Part shown: one piece after another, positions 27,501 to 34,143 of the stretch | How positions within the stretch are numbered: position 1 is the stretch's first letter | How the letters are laid out: each line of letters starts with the position of its first letter | Assembly (NCBI GenBank): GCA_050251015.1 | Contig: JBFWNO010000005.1 | Location: 1-52,411, forward strand | Length of the DNA: 52,411 nucleotides | Source of the DNA: Planctomycetota bacterium | Lineage (GTDB): Bacteria > Planctomycetota > JBFWNO01 | Direction: 5' to 3' | The notes under the pieces: generated by a model | Database searches by the model: none | What the model was told of the DNA's origin: nothing | What the model saw: only the letters and a program-made list of their open reading frames with translations | Made by a program: the position numbers and the translations under genes

Positions 27501-29051
27501 ATGATGCTTGGCATCGTAACCCTTGCGCCAGGAACGCAGAAAGTTGCGCAGGTCGGCTGTGGAATTTTGGAAAAACGACGTCCTGCGACCGGCCATGATG
27601 TCCTGGCCCAACCTCAGCGACTCTGTCATCGAGAAGAGGGGCTTGCCACTGATCAGATCTTTGTCGGCCAAAGTACTGGAATAGGACCAGTAGCAGGGAT
27701 AGTTGTTTTCATCCTGGAAGGGCACCGGATTTTCCAGGGTGCCCATTGAGGAGGCATAGGGTCTGTAGGATCTGAGTTTGATTTGCCCGGGGGCCTGCAC
27801 CAGCGCGGCGAGCACCGAAAGTGGGGCTCTGTTGATATCCACCTTCAAGGCGGGCACGGCATAAAATTCTGTGAAGAGGTAGTGGCGGTTGTCGTGATTC
27901 TCAAAAAAACCGCCCGCTGCGGGTTCGTTGGCTGGGGCCGGCGATGGGGTGCCCAGCCTGAAGACCCAACCCGGTTCCCTTTGAATCTGGGTGACCGCAA
28001 GGTCACGAAATTCCTCCACAATGGCTTTGATCCTTGCGGGGGTCATGACAGGGATGGGAGTCCCGTCAGCATACAACCAAGACGATCCGCTCCCGTCAGC
28101 CTTGCGGCCAGCCTTGTCGGTCCAACTGTGCACATAGTCTTCCACCAGGGAAAGCGCCGACTCCACCGAGCGGTATCCACCCGCAGGGCGCACGGACAGA
28201 AGCAGGTCTCCGAGAGGCATCTCGGAAATGATCGGGGCATTCGCGGCATCCAGGGCGTGATTGCCGCTCGGGTTGAAATCATCGAATTTCGCCGAGGGGA
28301 ATTTGGCCGCAGCCAGATTCGACATCAGATTGTCCGTGCTATCGATCAGGCCCTGCTTGTCGGCCGGCAAGACATCGCGCTTGTAGTTGTAGGTCTTGTT
28401 CGGCCTGACCATGGCCAGGTACTTGTGGTAGTTTCCCCAGGAGTTGAGCAGGCGCCTGAGTGGAATGTTGAAGGGATGGGTGGTCGAGGAAACCGAATAA
28501 TTCACGCCATGATTGGCTTGATATCGCACTCCCTCAGGCCCCTCTCCCGCAGTTACCCCGGCATTGAGATCGAGACTGGGAACCCTGATTCGTAACGTGC
28601 AAAATTGGTCGGGATCACTCGCCATGTTGACCCACGTGACCCCTCGAACAAGGCCCTTGTGGCTGACCAACTGGCTCTGGAGACCGCTGGCATCTGGCAG
28701 AGCGAGCGAGGGAGCCTTTTCTTCGTCCAGAGGCAGAATGGAAAGGCGCCCGTCTCCGTCAAGATCCTCCCCAGCGTCCAGGACCTCGTTGCGGTTCCGG
28801 TCTTCACCGGCACTCGACAGCAGGGTCTGGAAGGCCCGTCCAGACTCAAGTTGCCGGCCATACGCCAGGCTGCCTTCCACCCCCTTTTCCAACCCACTGC
28901 GGGCGGAGAGCGTGGCTTTCGTCAATCCCAGATAACTTTGAGACAGCAATCTTGATTGCCGGCTTTTGGATGCGAAATCAACCGCCAGGAAGGCCAGCAC
29001 CCCCAACAGGGCCACCACGATCACCAGGATGAAGCCGCGACTGGGTTTCAT
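24531..29051 (-). CDS. Giant (1506 aa) PilX/GspK-like pilin-anchored protein, paralogue 1
   Basis: MKPSRG|FILVIVVALL leader; collinear homologue of the two downstream genes (e.g. RRVQILAELLNPHPNDARVVWDEALPLAVENRR). Confidence 0.75.
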   Translation of the reverse strand: MKPSRGFILVIVVALLGVLAFLAVDFASKSRQSRLLSQSYLGLTKATLSARSGLEKGVEGSLAYGRQLESGRAFQTLLSSAGEDRNRNEVLDAGEDLDGDGRLSILPLDEEKAPSLALPDASGLQSQLVSHKGLVRGVTWVNMASDPDQFCTLRIRVPSLDLNAGVTAGEGPEGVRYQANHGVNYSVSSTTHPFNIPLRRLLNSWGNYHKYLAMVRPNKTYNYKRDVLPADKQGLIDSTDNLMSNLAAAKFPSAKFDDFNPSGNHALDAANAPIISEMPLGDLLLSVRPAGGYRSVESALSLVEDYVHSWTDKAGRKADGSGSSWLYADGTPIPVMTPARIKAIVEEFRDLAVTQIQREPGWVFRLGTPSPAPANEPAAGGFFENHDNRHYLFTEFYAVPALKVDINRAPLSVLAALVQAPGQIKLRSYRPYASSMGTLENPVPFQDENNYPCYWSYSSTLADKDLISGKPLFSMTESLRLGQDIMAGRRTSFFQNSTADLRNFLRSWRKGYDAKHHSVYSPTHHFNTILWGVPPSYFDNVSNYFDYYHGHRRVQILAELLNPHPNDARVVWDEALPLAVENRRTRMNPADVHPLRGRHYVLDEADGSTSEKGPEACFQSPSIKMASLGWYGPTGQSRLLVAVVRLYEGLSLGTQSDFELAGQDPVTHSPTLGSWITYPELPSIPPCPWTGQLALKPSTRECPWGDTLQMRILLNGYELKPTGPVDSSGAMLPAWPAGPRDLRGPATLPARGTFRNSLQPPPGEALTSLYPQQATDIDSATDLMPGGGIRMSPWNNSIVQGPFTSGNWPNHKEATLVLRNSLVTQNDDDQVPDETEIHQPVSTSFILPSFREGVVSFYVKPKVHPDRVVVGGNSNMTTSTLFYMPFNVFDKETESRCLSMGMSAQESEIRSQFVGSLRLTWTCMMLTGSIRQYGGVPNPWPAASGYAGYPAFPGQVNASPFYFGGMEGWTNPTTSAMGYVLSWTGNFPGTTPMFASSPVHGGDGIEGHWSTPNQYRDEMIVLEWDIHKFAYSDDITKLYPSTLSVTPTWGTWDATDAFPAMTKVTAYTNDITTPLHLFDTSDPLHADYHSVRKSFYIQGPLKVQLGAGNGTTVRDRRGDMQALIETGRWNHILIAWKDLWSVLGNSPPTKGGCLSTYVNGHFKKVSPQGYKTAAIFFNSDSSAAYRGASAASPGVNYSSWDPEIHAIYQTTVPPNVYFGPVGVLGAIYPSYPKTFYVPMDSVPNNTCPLSPPRHSQGIGLLPHTSSFFNADRPAINSPRKILLFRRFPPRFYFGFEPHCFYSETATTFDVHSYFASNFTWGSFMDVQIFDRATPSGPDSPLASDGGFLPALPGFYSGAASFSPYPNLSTAAPAVLRPLQIAGAQGFVDQGVMLVNMSWSAHLPEYHQFWDDQGPTPGPDSQDVQELEGSLMFNGMPMASLSLSQDPASSPVYHWEPTVPLEITQGDDLSLSLKFTGPEVVMSTPIVENIELTFQRLEPRYESFQME

Positions 29052-29059
29052 GATCGCGG

Positions 29060-29065
29060 ATTATA
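29060..29065 (-). promoter_or_regulatory. -10 element TATAAT 8 nt before the paralogue 1 ATG
   Basis: Minus strand reads TATAAT-ccgcgatc-ATG; no Shine-Dalgarno. Confidence 0.55.
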
Positions 29066-29139
29066 GGCTGGATTGAGAAGGCTCTATCACCACAACCCCT
29101 GATGTAGAATGGCCTCCGTACCCCACCGAAGGAGATCCC

Positions 29140-30021
29140 ATGGCTTCATTGTCTTCCAAGCCCCTGCTGTTTGTTGCTGCCTCACTCGTGATTGCGGTCC
29201 TGAGTTCGTGTTGCACAGACCCCCAGGCCAAGGCTGCCCCGGTGATAACCTACAACATCACCATCAAGCCCATCGGGCCCGAGGACATGAGCGTGGCCTC
29301 GCCCAATTTCACCCTGAAGAAGTACAAGAAGATCATGGTGGTGCCCCCCAGCGGCACGGCCCGTGCCGAATTCGATGCCGAAGTGGCCAATGTGGAACGG
29401 GAGTTCATGCAGCGGGGACTGATCCTGATTTCACCGGCGGTGGGAGCCCGTGTCACCGAAGGGGATGAAGACAAGAAAAAATCCGAAACACAGGCCCAGC
29501 TCTCTGACGTGGAGCGGGCCTTGATCCTGGCGAAAAAGAGCAACGCCGATGCCATTCTGCAGGTGGGCCAGTTCCAATGGACGAACGACAAGACCAACCG
29601 CTACTTCAAGGTGGGCGCCGACGGCGTGAGCTTGGGCGAGGTCACCAAATCCGAATACGATCGGGAGGGCACCCAAAAGGCCCGGATCTTCTACAAGGCC
29701 GAATGCATGGATTTCAAAGGAAAACTGATTGACGTGGAATCAGCCGAGATCATGCTTAGCTTCTCAATGTGGCAGAGCCCCATCCGTTCCCTGCCCATGG
29801 ATTACCTGGCCACCTTCACCAACCCCCAGATGAAGTATGCCGTGACCCCCCAGGGGCAGTACATCATGGAGAACGGCCAATACAAAATGGCTTGGAGCTT
29901 CAACATCCTCTCGGAAAGCTTCCGGCTGACCTCCGACGATTGGAAGCAGGAAGCCCGCTCCAAGAGCGTGCAGGAGATCTTCTCCCGCGTGGCCGAGCGC
30001 ATCGTCGGCACTTACAAGTAA
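29140..30021 (+). CDS. Lipoprotein, possible CsgG/HfaB-like fold
   Basis: AAGGAG SD; lipobox LSSC; KIMVVP...LAKKSNADAIL...KLIDVESAEI pattern resembles CsgG-like alpha/beta lipoproteins (fold assignment is inference). Confidence 0.7.
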   Translation: MASLSSKPLLFVAASLVIAVLSSCCTDPQAKAAPVITYNITIKPIGPEDMSVASPNFTLKKYKKIMVVPPSGTARAEFDAEVANVEREFMQRGLILISPAVGARVTEGDEDKKKSETQAQLSDVERALILAKKSNADAILQVGQFQWTNDKTNRYFKVGADGVSLGEVTKSEYDREGTQKARIFYKAECMDFKGKLIDVESAEIMLSFSMWQSPIRSLPMDYLATFTNPQMKYAVTPQGQYIMENGQYKMAWSFNILSESFRLTSDDWKQEARSKSVQEIFSRVAERIVGTYK

Positions 30022-30026
30022 TTCCC

Positions 30027-30572
30027 CTGAAGGTCCTCCTCCCCCTCCTTCTGACCCTGGCCGGCTGTTGTTTCAGCTTCGGCCGGGTCTTTTCGGACCG
30101 TGCCGTGCTCCTGATGGTGCCGGCCATCCGGCAGGAAAGCGCCAACCTCTGCGGTTTGGCGGCCGTGGATTCACTGGCCTCCTTTCATGCCGTCACCCTG
30201 GATGCCGTGGCGCTCCATGCTCTGCGAAGCCTGGCCACGGAAGAGGGACTTTCCGGGGCCGAGCTTAAAGCCTGCCTCGAGGGGGCGGGATTCACCTGCC
30301 ATGTCTTCAAGGGCACCCTGGATGAAACCCCCACCGGCCTGATCCGCCATTTGAAGGCGGGACGGCCCCTCCTGGTGATGCTGGGCCCCGAAGGCAAGCG
30401 GCATTGTGCCCTGGTCGCAGGCCATGACCCAGAGCGCCATCTTGTCGCCCTGGCCGACCCCGCCACGGGACATGTGGCCACTCCCGAGGCCATCTTCCTG
30501 GAACGTTGGTCCCAGGCGAGTCACTTCACTTTGCTGGCTCTCCCCCGTCTCCATCAAAGCCCTGATCCCTGA
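30027..30572 (+). CDS. C39-like cysteine peptidase lipoprotein
   Basis: Lipobox LAGC; VPAIRQESANLCG (Q-x5-C), GRPLLV, RHCALVAG and LADPATG give a Q/C/H/D set. No canonical start next to the signal peptide; CTG at 30027 inferred. Confidence 0.8.
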   Translation: MKVLLPLLLTLAGCCFSFGRVFSDRAVLLMVPAIRQESANLCGLAAVDSLASFHAVTLDAVALHALRSLATEEGLSGAELKACLEGAGFTCHVFKGTLDETPTGLIRHLKAGRPLLVMLGPEGKRHCALVAGHDPERHLVALADPATGHVATPEAIFLERWSQASHFTLLALPRLHQSPDP

Positions 30573-30598
30573 TAACATAAGGTGACTTGGAGGTTTCC

Positions 30599-30895
30599 AT
30601 GATCCGCACAACCCTCATCGCCCTTTTCTGCACTCTCATGAGTTTTACGGGTTGCCCCCTGCAAGCCTGTGGGCCACTCTCAGCCGAGGAAACGGCTGCC
30701 CTTGAGGCCGCTGCGGACAACGGCCTCCTCTCCCAGCGTGCCGGCCAGGAAACCGGCGAGCACGTGACCGACCAAGATCCCTACCAGCCCCAGGTCGAGG
30801 CCCAAAAGCAGCAGGAAGCGGAAGCCGCCGCTGCCGTGGTTGTGGTGGTGGTGATTGTGGTGGTGATGCTCGCCGCTGTGGCCGCCGCCGCTTAA
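30599..30895 (+). CDS. Small exported protein with Val/Ala-rich hydrophobic C-terminus (candidate C39 substrate)
   Basis: GGAGG SD 5 nt before the ATG at 30599; signal peptide; ...ALEAAADNGLLSQRAG; terminal AAAAVVVVVVIVVVMLAAVAAAA. Confidence 0.7.
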   Translation: MIRTTLIALFCTLMSFTGCPLQACGPLSAEETAALEAAADNGLLSQRAGQETGEHVTDQDPYQPQVEAQKQQEAEAAAAVVVVVVIVVVMLAAVAAAA

Positions 30896-30911
30896 AACCA
30901 GAGTTCATTCC

Positions 30912-31508
30912 ATGAAGTCCCCCGCCCTGGTACTCTTCGACCTGGGTGGTGTGCTTGTACAGCTCGGTTCGATCCGTGATCTCTGGGGATCGACAGCTGG
31001 TGACCGCACAGATGAGGAACTCTGGAGGGTCTGGCTCCAGAGCGAGGATCCGGCCAAGGTCGACAGCGGTCGATTGCCCATCGGAGAGTTTCTTGAACGC
31101 TGGCACGAGAAGTTTCATCCCTATCCAACATTGGAGGAGCTGAGGGGGGTCTATGAAAGCCTGATCCGGGCTCCCTTCCCTGGGGCCCTCGATTTGGTTC
31201 GTGGCCTTCGGTCACACACCGAGGTGGGATGCCTGAGCAACATGAATGAATGCCATTGGCCCCAGGTGCAAAGGCTTGGCTTTGATGATGTCTTCGACAG
31301 GGTCTTTGCCAGCCATCTCATCGGCCATGCCAAGCCCTCCGATGCCATCTTTGAGCATGTCCTGGCCCATGTACCCCACAAGCCCGGGGAAATTCTCTTC
31401 CTGGACGACAACAAACTGAATGTGGAGTCGGCACACAGGCATGGGATCCGTGCCGAATGGGTCCAGGGCACCGACGGAGCTCAAAGGGCGCTGTCCCGCT
31501 ATTTCTGA
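30912..31508 (+). CDS. HAD-family phosphatase (YihX-like)
   Basis: FDLGGVL, CLSN, AKP and FLDD motifs I-IV. Confidence 0.92.
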   Translation: MKSPALVLFDLGGVLVQLGSIRDLWGSTAGDRTDEELWRVWLQSEDPAKVDSGRLPIGEFLERWHEKFHPYPTLEELRGVYESLIRAPFPGALDLVRGLRSHTEVGCLSNMNECHWPQVQRLGFDDVFDRVFASHLIGHAKPSDAIFEHVLAHVPHKPGEILFLDDNKLNVESAHRHGIRAEWVQGTDGAQRALSRYF

Positions 31509-32026
31509 ACCGTCGTCTCCAGGGCCTTGTCGAGGGCGGCAAGAAGCTCGGCCTTCGGGGCTCCGGGCAACAAGGAACCGGCAGGCCGTCCATCGCGGCC
31601 GATCACCATCCAGCGCGGCAGGCTCCCGGGTAACCCAAAGGCCGAAACATAGGCCTCATCGGCCCAGACTATCTGAAGGGGAAGTCCCAGACGTTGGGCA
31701 AAGGCCCTTGAATCCTCAAGGCGACTGTCGGCCAGCACGGCCAGCACCCTGAGTTCCGGTCTTTCGGCCGACACCTCGGTCAGGACCCGCATCGAGGCTT
31801 CGCTGTCCTTGACCCAACCCGCCCCGATCGCCAGGACCCAGATCCGACCGTCTCCAGGGCGAATCGTGACATCCCGGCCTTCAAGATCCTTGGTATCAAG
31901 GCTCCGCAGCACGGGAAATTGCCATGCGGGTTTGGAGGAGGCTTCCTGGATGCCGGTTTCGGAAGGCTTGCGGTTCACCCACAGGACCACGGCCACGATG
32001 ATCAAGAATGGGAGGATCCGGCGCAT
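31499..32026 (-). CDS. Membrane-anchored TlpA-like thioredoxin-fold protein lacking CxxC
   Basis: KDLEGRDV, VLAIGAGWVKDS (in place of FWATWCxxC) and SLPRWMVIGRDG; no cysteine anywhere in the protein. Confidence 0.75.
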   Translation of the reverse strand: MRRILPFLIIVAVVLWVNRKPSETGIQEASSKPAWQFPVLRSLDTKDLEGRDVTIRPGDGRIWVLAIGAGWVKDSEASMRVLTEVSAERPELRVLAVLADSRLEDSRAFAQRLGLPLQIVWADEAYVSAFGLPGSLPRWMVIGRDGRPAGSLLPGAPKAELLAALDKALETTVQK

Positions 32027-32037
32027 GGTGTGTTGAG

Positions 32038-32059
32038 GGGGCGGGCCTTAGCCCGCCCC
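32038..32059. other. GC-rich intergenic hairpin
   Basis: GGGGCGGGC-ctta-GCCCGCCCC perfect 9-bp stem; no U-tract on either strand, so more likely a stability or processing hairpin than an intrinsic terminator. Confidence 0.55.
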
Positions 32060-32069
32060 TCTCAGGAAT

Positions 32070-32297
32070 TCACTTCTTGCAGGAACCGTCTGTGCAGCTG
32101 GAATCCTTGCACTCGGACTTGTCCTTGCACTCGGACATGCTGCACTTCTGGCCGTCCTTGCATTCTTTCGTGCCACAGCTCTTTTCCTTGGAGCAGCTGC
32201 TTTCACAGCACTTCTTGCAGTCGCCGCATCCGCAGGCAGTCAGCAGCATGGAAAGACCCATCACCAGGGCTACAGCAATCAATTTCACGTTTTTCAT
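32070..32297 (-). CDS. Cys-rich (13 Cys) metallothionein-like lipoprotein, 75 aa
   Basis: TAAGGAG SD; lipobox LTAC; mature part almost entirely C/K/S/E/D/G with repeated ECKD. Confidence 0.8.
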   Translation of the reverse strand: MKNVKLIAVALVMGLSMLLTACGCGDCKKCCESSCSKEKSCGTKECKDGQKCSMSECKDKSECKDSSCTDGSCKK

Positions 32298-32318
32298 GAG
32301 AATCTCCTTAAGGCCTTA

Positions 32319-33179
32319 TTATCGCACCCAGAAGTGGAAACCCTCACCGGTTTTTTTTCCCAGTTTCCCGGCCTTCACCAGATGCCTCATGATGGCCGGA
32401 GCCTTGAAGGCCTCTCGCCCCAGTCTTCGGTGGATCTCATCGGCCACGGCCAATCTGACATCAAGGCCCACATGGTCCCCCAGTTTCAATGGCCCCATGG
32501 GATGGCGGTAGCCGATCTCCATCGCCGTATCGATGTCGGCCGCCGAGGCCACTCCCTCTTCCACCATGCGGGCGGCTTCCAGGCCAATGCACACGGAGAG
32601 CCTGCTGGTGGCGAAGCCAGGCGAATCCTTCACGCGGATGACAGTGCGCCCCAACACTTCGGCAAAGGCCCGGGCCCTCGACTCCACGTGAGGGTCGGTT
32701 TCATCGGGCACCACCAACTCCAGCAACTTCATCGCCACAGGAGGATTGAAAAAGTGCAGGCCCAGCACCCGCTCGGGCGCTCCCGAGGCCACAGCGATCT
32801 CCCGGACACTCAAGGAGGATGTGTTGGTGGCCAGAACGGCATTCTCCGGGGCTACCCTCGCGAGTTTCACAAAGAGATCCTGCTTGACCTGCAGATCCTC
32901 CGCCACGCTCTCGAGCACAAGGTCGGCTCCGGAGCAGGCCTCCGACAAATCCATCGTCACGGAAAGATTCCGGAGGTGTATCTCTCTCTGCTCGCCGGTG
33001 ATCTTGCCTTTCTCCACGGACTGCATCAGGGCCTCATCCATGGACTGGCGACAGGCCTTCGCACTCTCGGTTCGCCGGGCCCAGACCCGCACCGGACATC
33101 CTGCAAGAAGTGCCACCAACGCCACGCCCCGGGCCATCACGCCGGAGCCGATAATGGAAAGGTTAAATGATTGTGTCAT
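32319..33179 (-). CDS. 3-hydroxyacyl-CoA dehydrogenase (Hbd/PaaH-like), copy 2
   Basis: IIGSGVMARG Rossmann, ATNTSSL, GLHFFNP and PMGP motifs; start moved to the ATG at 33179. Confidence 0.92.
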   Translation of the reverse strand: MTQSFNLSIIGSGVMARGVALVALLAGCPVRVWARRTESAKACRQSMDEALMQSVEKGKITGEQREIHLRNLSVTMDLSEACSGADLVLESVAEDLQVKQDLFVKLARVAPENAVLATNTSSLSVREIAVASGAPERVLGLHFFNPPVAMKLLELVVPDETDPHVESRARAFAEVLGRTVIRVKDSPGFATSRLSVCIGLEAARMVEEGVASAADIDTAMEIGYRHPMGPLKLGDHVGLDVRLAVADEIHRRLGREAFKAPAIMRHLVKAGKLGKKTGEGFHFWVR

Positions 33180-33187
33180 GCCGCCTC

Positions 33188-33282
33188 TGACCGAGGGGTG
33201 GCGCCGGTAGGTATCCAAGGCGGAGCGGAGCGTCCGCGTGAGCACGTCTTGGACAACCGGCGACAGGACCCCGAGGAGGTCA
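33188..33282. repeat. ~95-nt nested imperfect inverted repeat (structured intergenic element)
   Basis: Four nested arms: TGACC/GGTCA, GGGGT/ACCCC, CGCCGGT/ACCGGCG and TCCAAGGCG/CGTCTTGGA (one G-U pair). Confidence 0.65.
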
Positions 33283-33285
33283 ACC

Positions 33286-34143
33286 TCATGATTTGGGGTG
33301 CTTGTAGAACCCCTCGCCCGATTTCACCCCAAGCTTGCCCTCTTTCACCAGCTTTTTCATCAGCTCAGGCGGCTTGAACACATCGCTCTTGAGGGCGCCA
33401 TGCAGGTAGGTGGTGATATCCAGGCGCACATCGAGCCCGATATGATCGGTGAGTTTCAAGGGTCCCATGGGCCAGCGGTAACCCACCTCCATCGCGGTGT
33501 CGATGTCGGCCGCACTGGCCACACCCTCTTCCAACATGCGGATCGCCTCCATGGCCACGGCCACTGCGAGGCGGCTGGTGGCAAAGCCGGGGCTGTCCTT
33601 GACGATGATGGAGGAACGCCCCAACGTGTCGGCCGCGGCGCGGCAGGCCTTGAGCACTGCCTCATCGAGCCCAGCATGCGTGACGATCTCAAGCAGTTTC
33701 AGGATGGCCGGGGGATTGAAAAAGTGCAGGCCCAAAAAACGCGCGGGGTTGGGCGAGGCTTTAGCCAGTTCGGTGATGCTGATGGAGCTGGTGTTGGTGC
33801 CGAGAATGGCCTCCTTCTTCAAAAGAGGCTTGAGCTGGGTGTACAGGCTCTTCTTGAGGTCGAGTTTTTCGGGCACCGCCTCAATCACCAGGTCCGCCGT
33901 ACCCACAGCCTTCCCCAGGTCAGTTTCGGACCTCAGGAAGGCCTTGGCCTTCGCGACGTCCTCGGCACTGACCTTGCCCTTCTCCACACCCTTGGCCCAG
34001 CTTTTGCCGATGCGGTCCATCCCTTTGGCCAGACCCTCGGGGAGCACATCAAAGAGCACCGTCTCGAACCCCGATAACGCCGCCACTTCGGCAATCCCTG
34101 CCCCCATGGTGCCCGCGCCGATCACCGCCACTTTGGAGATCAC
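33286..34143 (-). CDS. 3-hydroxyacyl-CoA dehydrogenase (Hbd/PaaH-like), copy 1
   Basis: VIGAGTMGAGIA, GTNTSSI, GLHFFNP and PMGP motifs. Confidence 0.94.
   Translation of the reverse strand: MISKVAVIGAGTMGAGIAEVAALSGFETVLFDVLPEGLAKGMDRIGKSWAKGVEKGKVSAEDVAKAKAFLRSETDLGKAVGTADLVIEAVPEKLDLKKSLYTQLKPLLKKEAILGTNTSSISITELAKASPNPARFLGLHFFNPPAILKLLEIVTHAGLDEAVLKACRAAADTLGRSSIIVKDSPGFATSRLAVAVAMEAIRMLEEGVASAADIDTAMEVGYRWPMGPLKLTDHIGLDVRLDITTYLHGALKSDVFKPPELMKKLVKEGKLGVKSGEGFYKHPKS

Noticed and set aside
15411-29051. Diversity-generating retroelement or recombinational shufflon acting on the paralogues
   Set aside because: No reverse transcriptase, recombinase, or near-identical template/variable repeat pair was seen; by eye the differences are not adenine-restricted.
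15326-29110. Giant-gene array as a tRNA-Ala-integrated genomic island
   Set aside because: It begins 9 bp from the tRNA CCA and looks somewhat less GC-rich, but I found no integrase and no duplicated tRNA 3' end at the far boundary.
29769-30020. Extended start of the C39 peptidase ORF
   Set aside because: Lies inside the upstream lipoprotein gene and would mask the signal peptide.
30836-30866. GTG trinucleotide run as a microsatellite or phase-variation tract
   Set aside because: Imperfect, in-frame, and explained by the poly-Val hydrophobic tail.
32038-32059. Intrinsic terminator call for the GC hairpin
   Set aside because: No U-tract on either strand, and the downstream co-oriented gene starts about 11 nt away.
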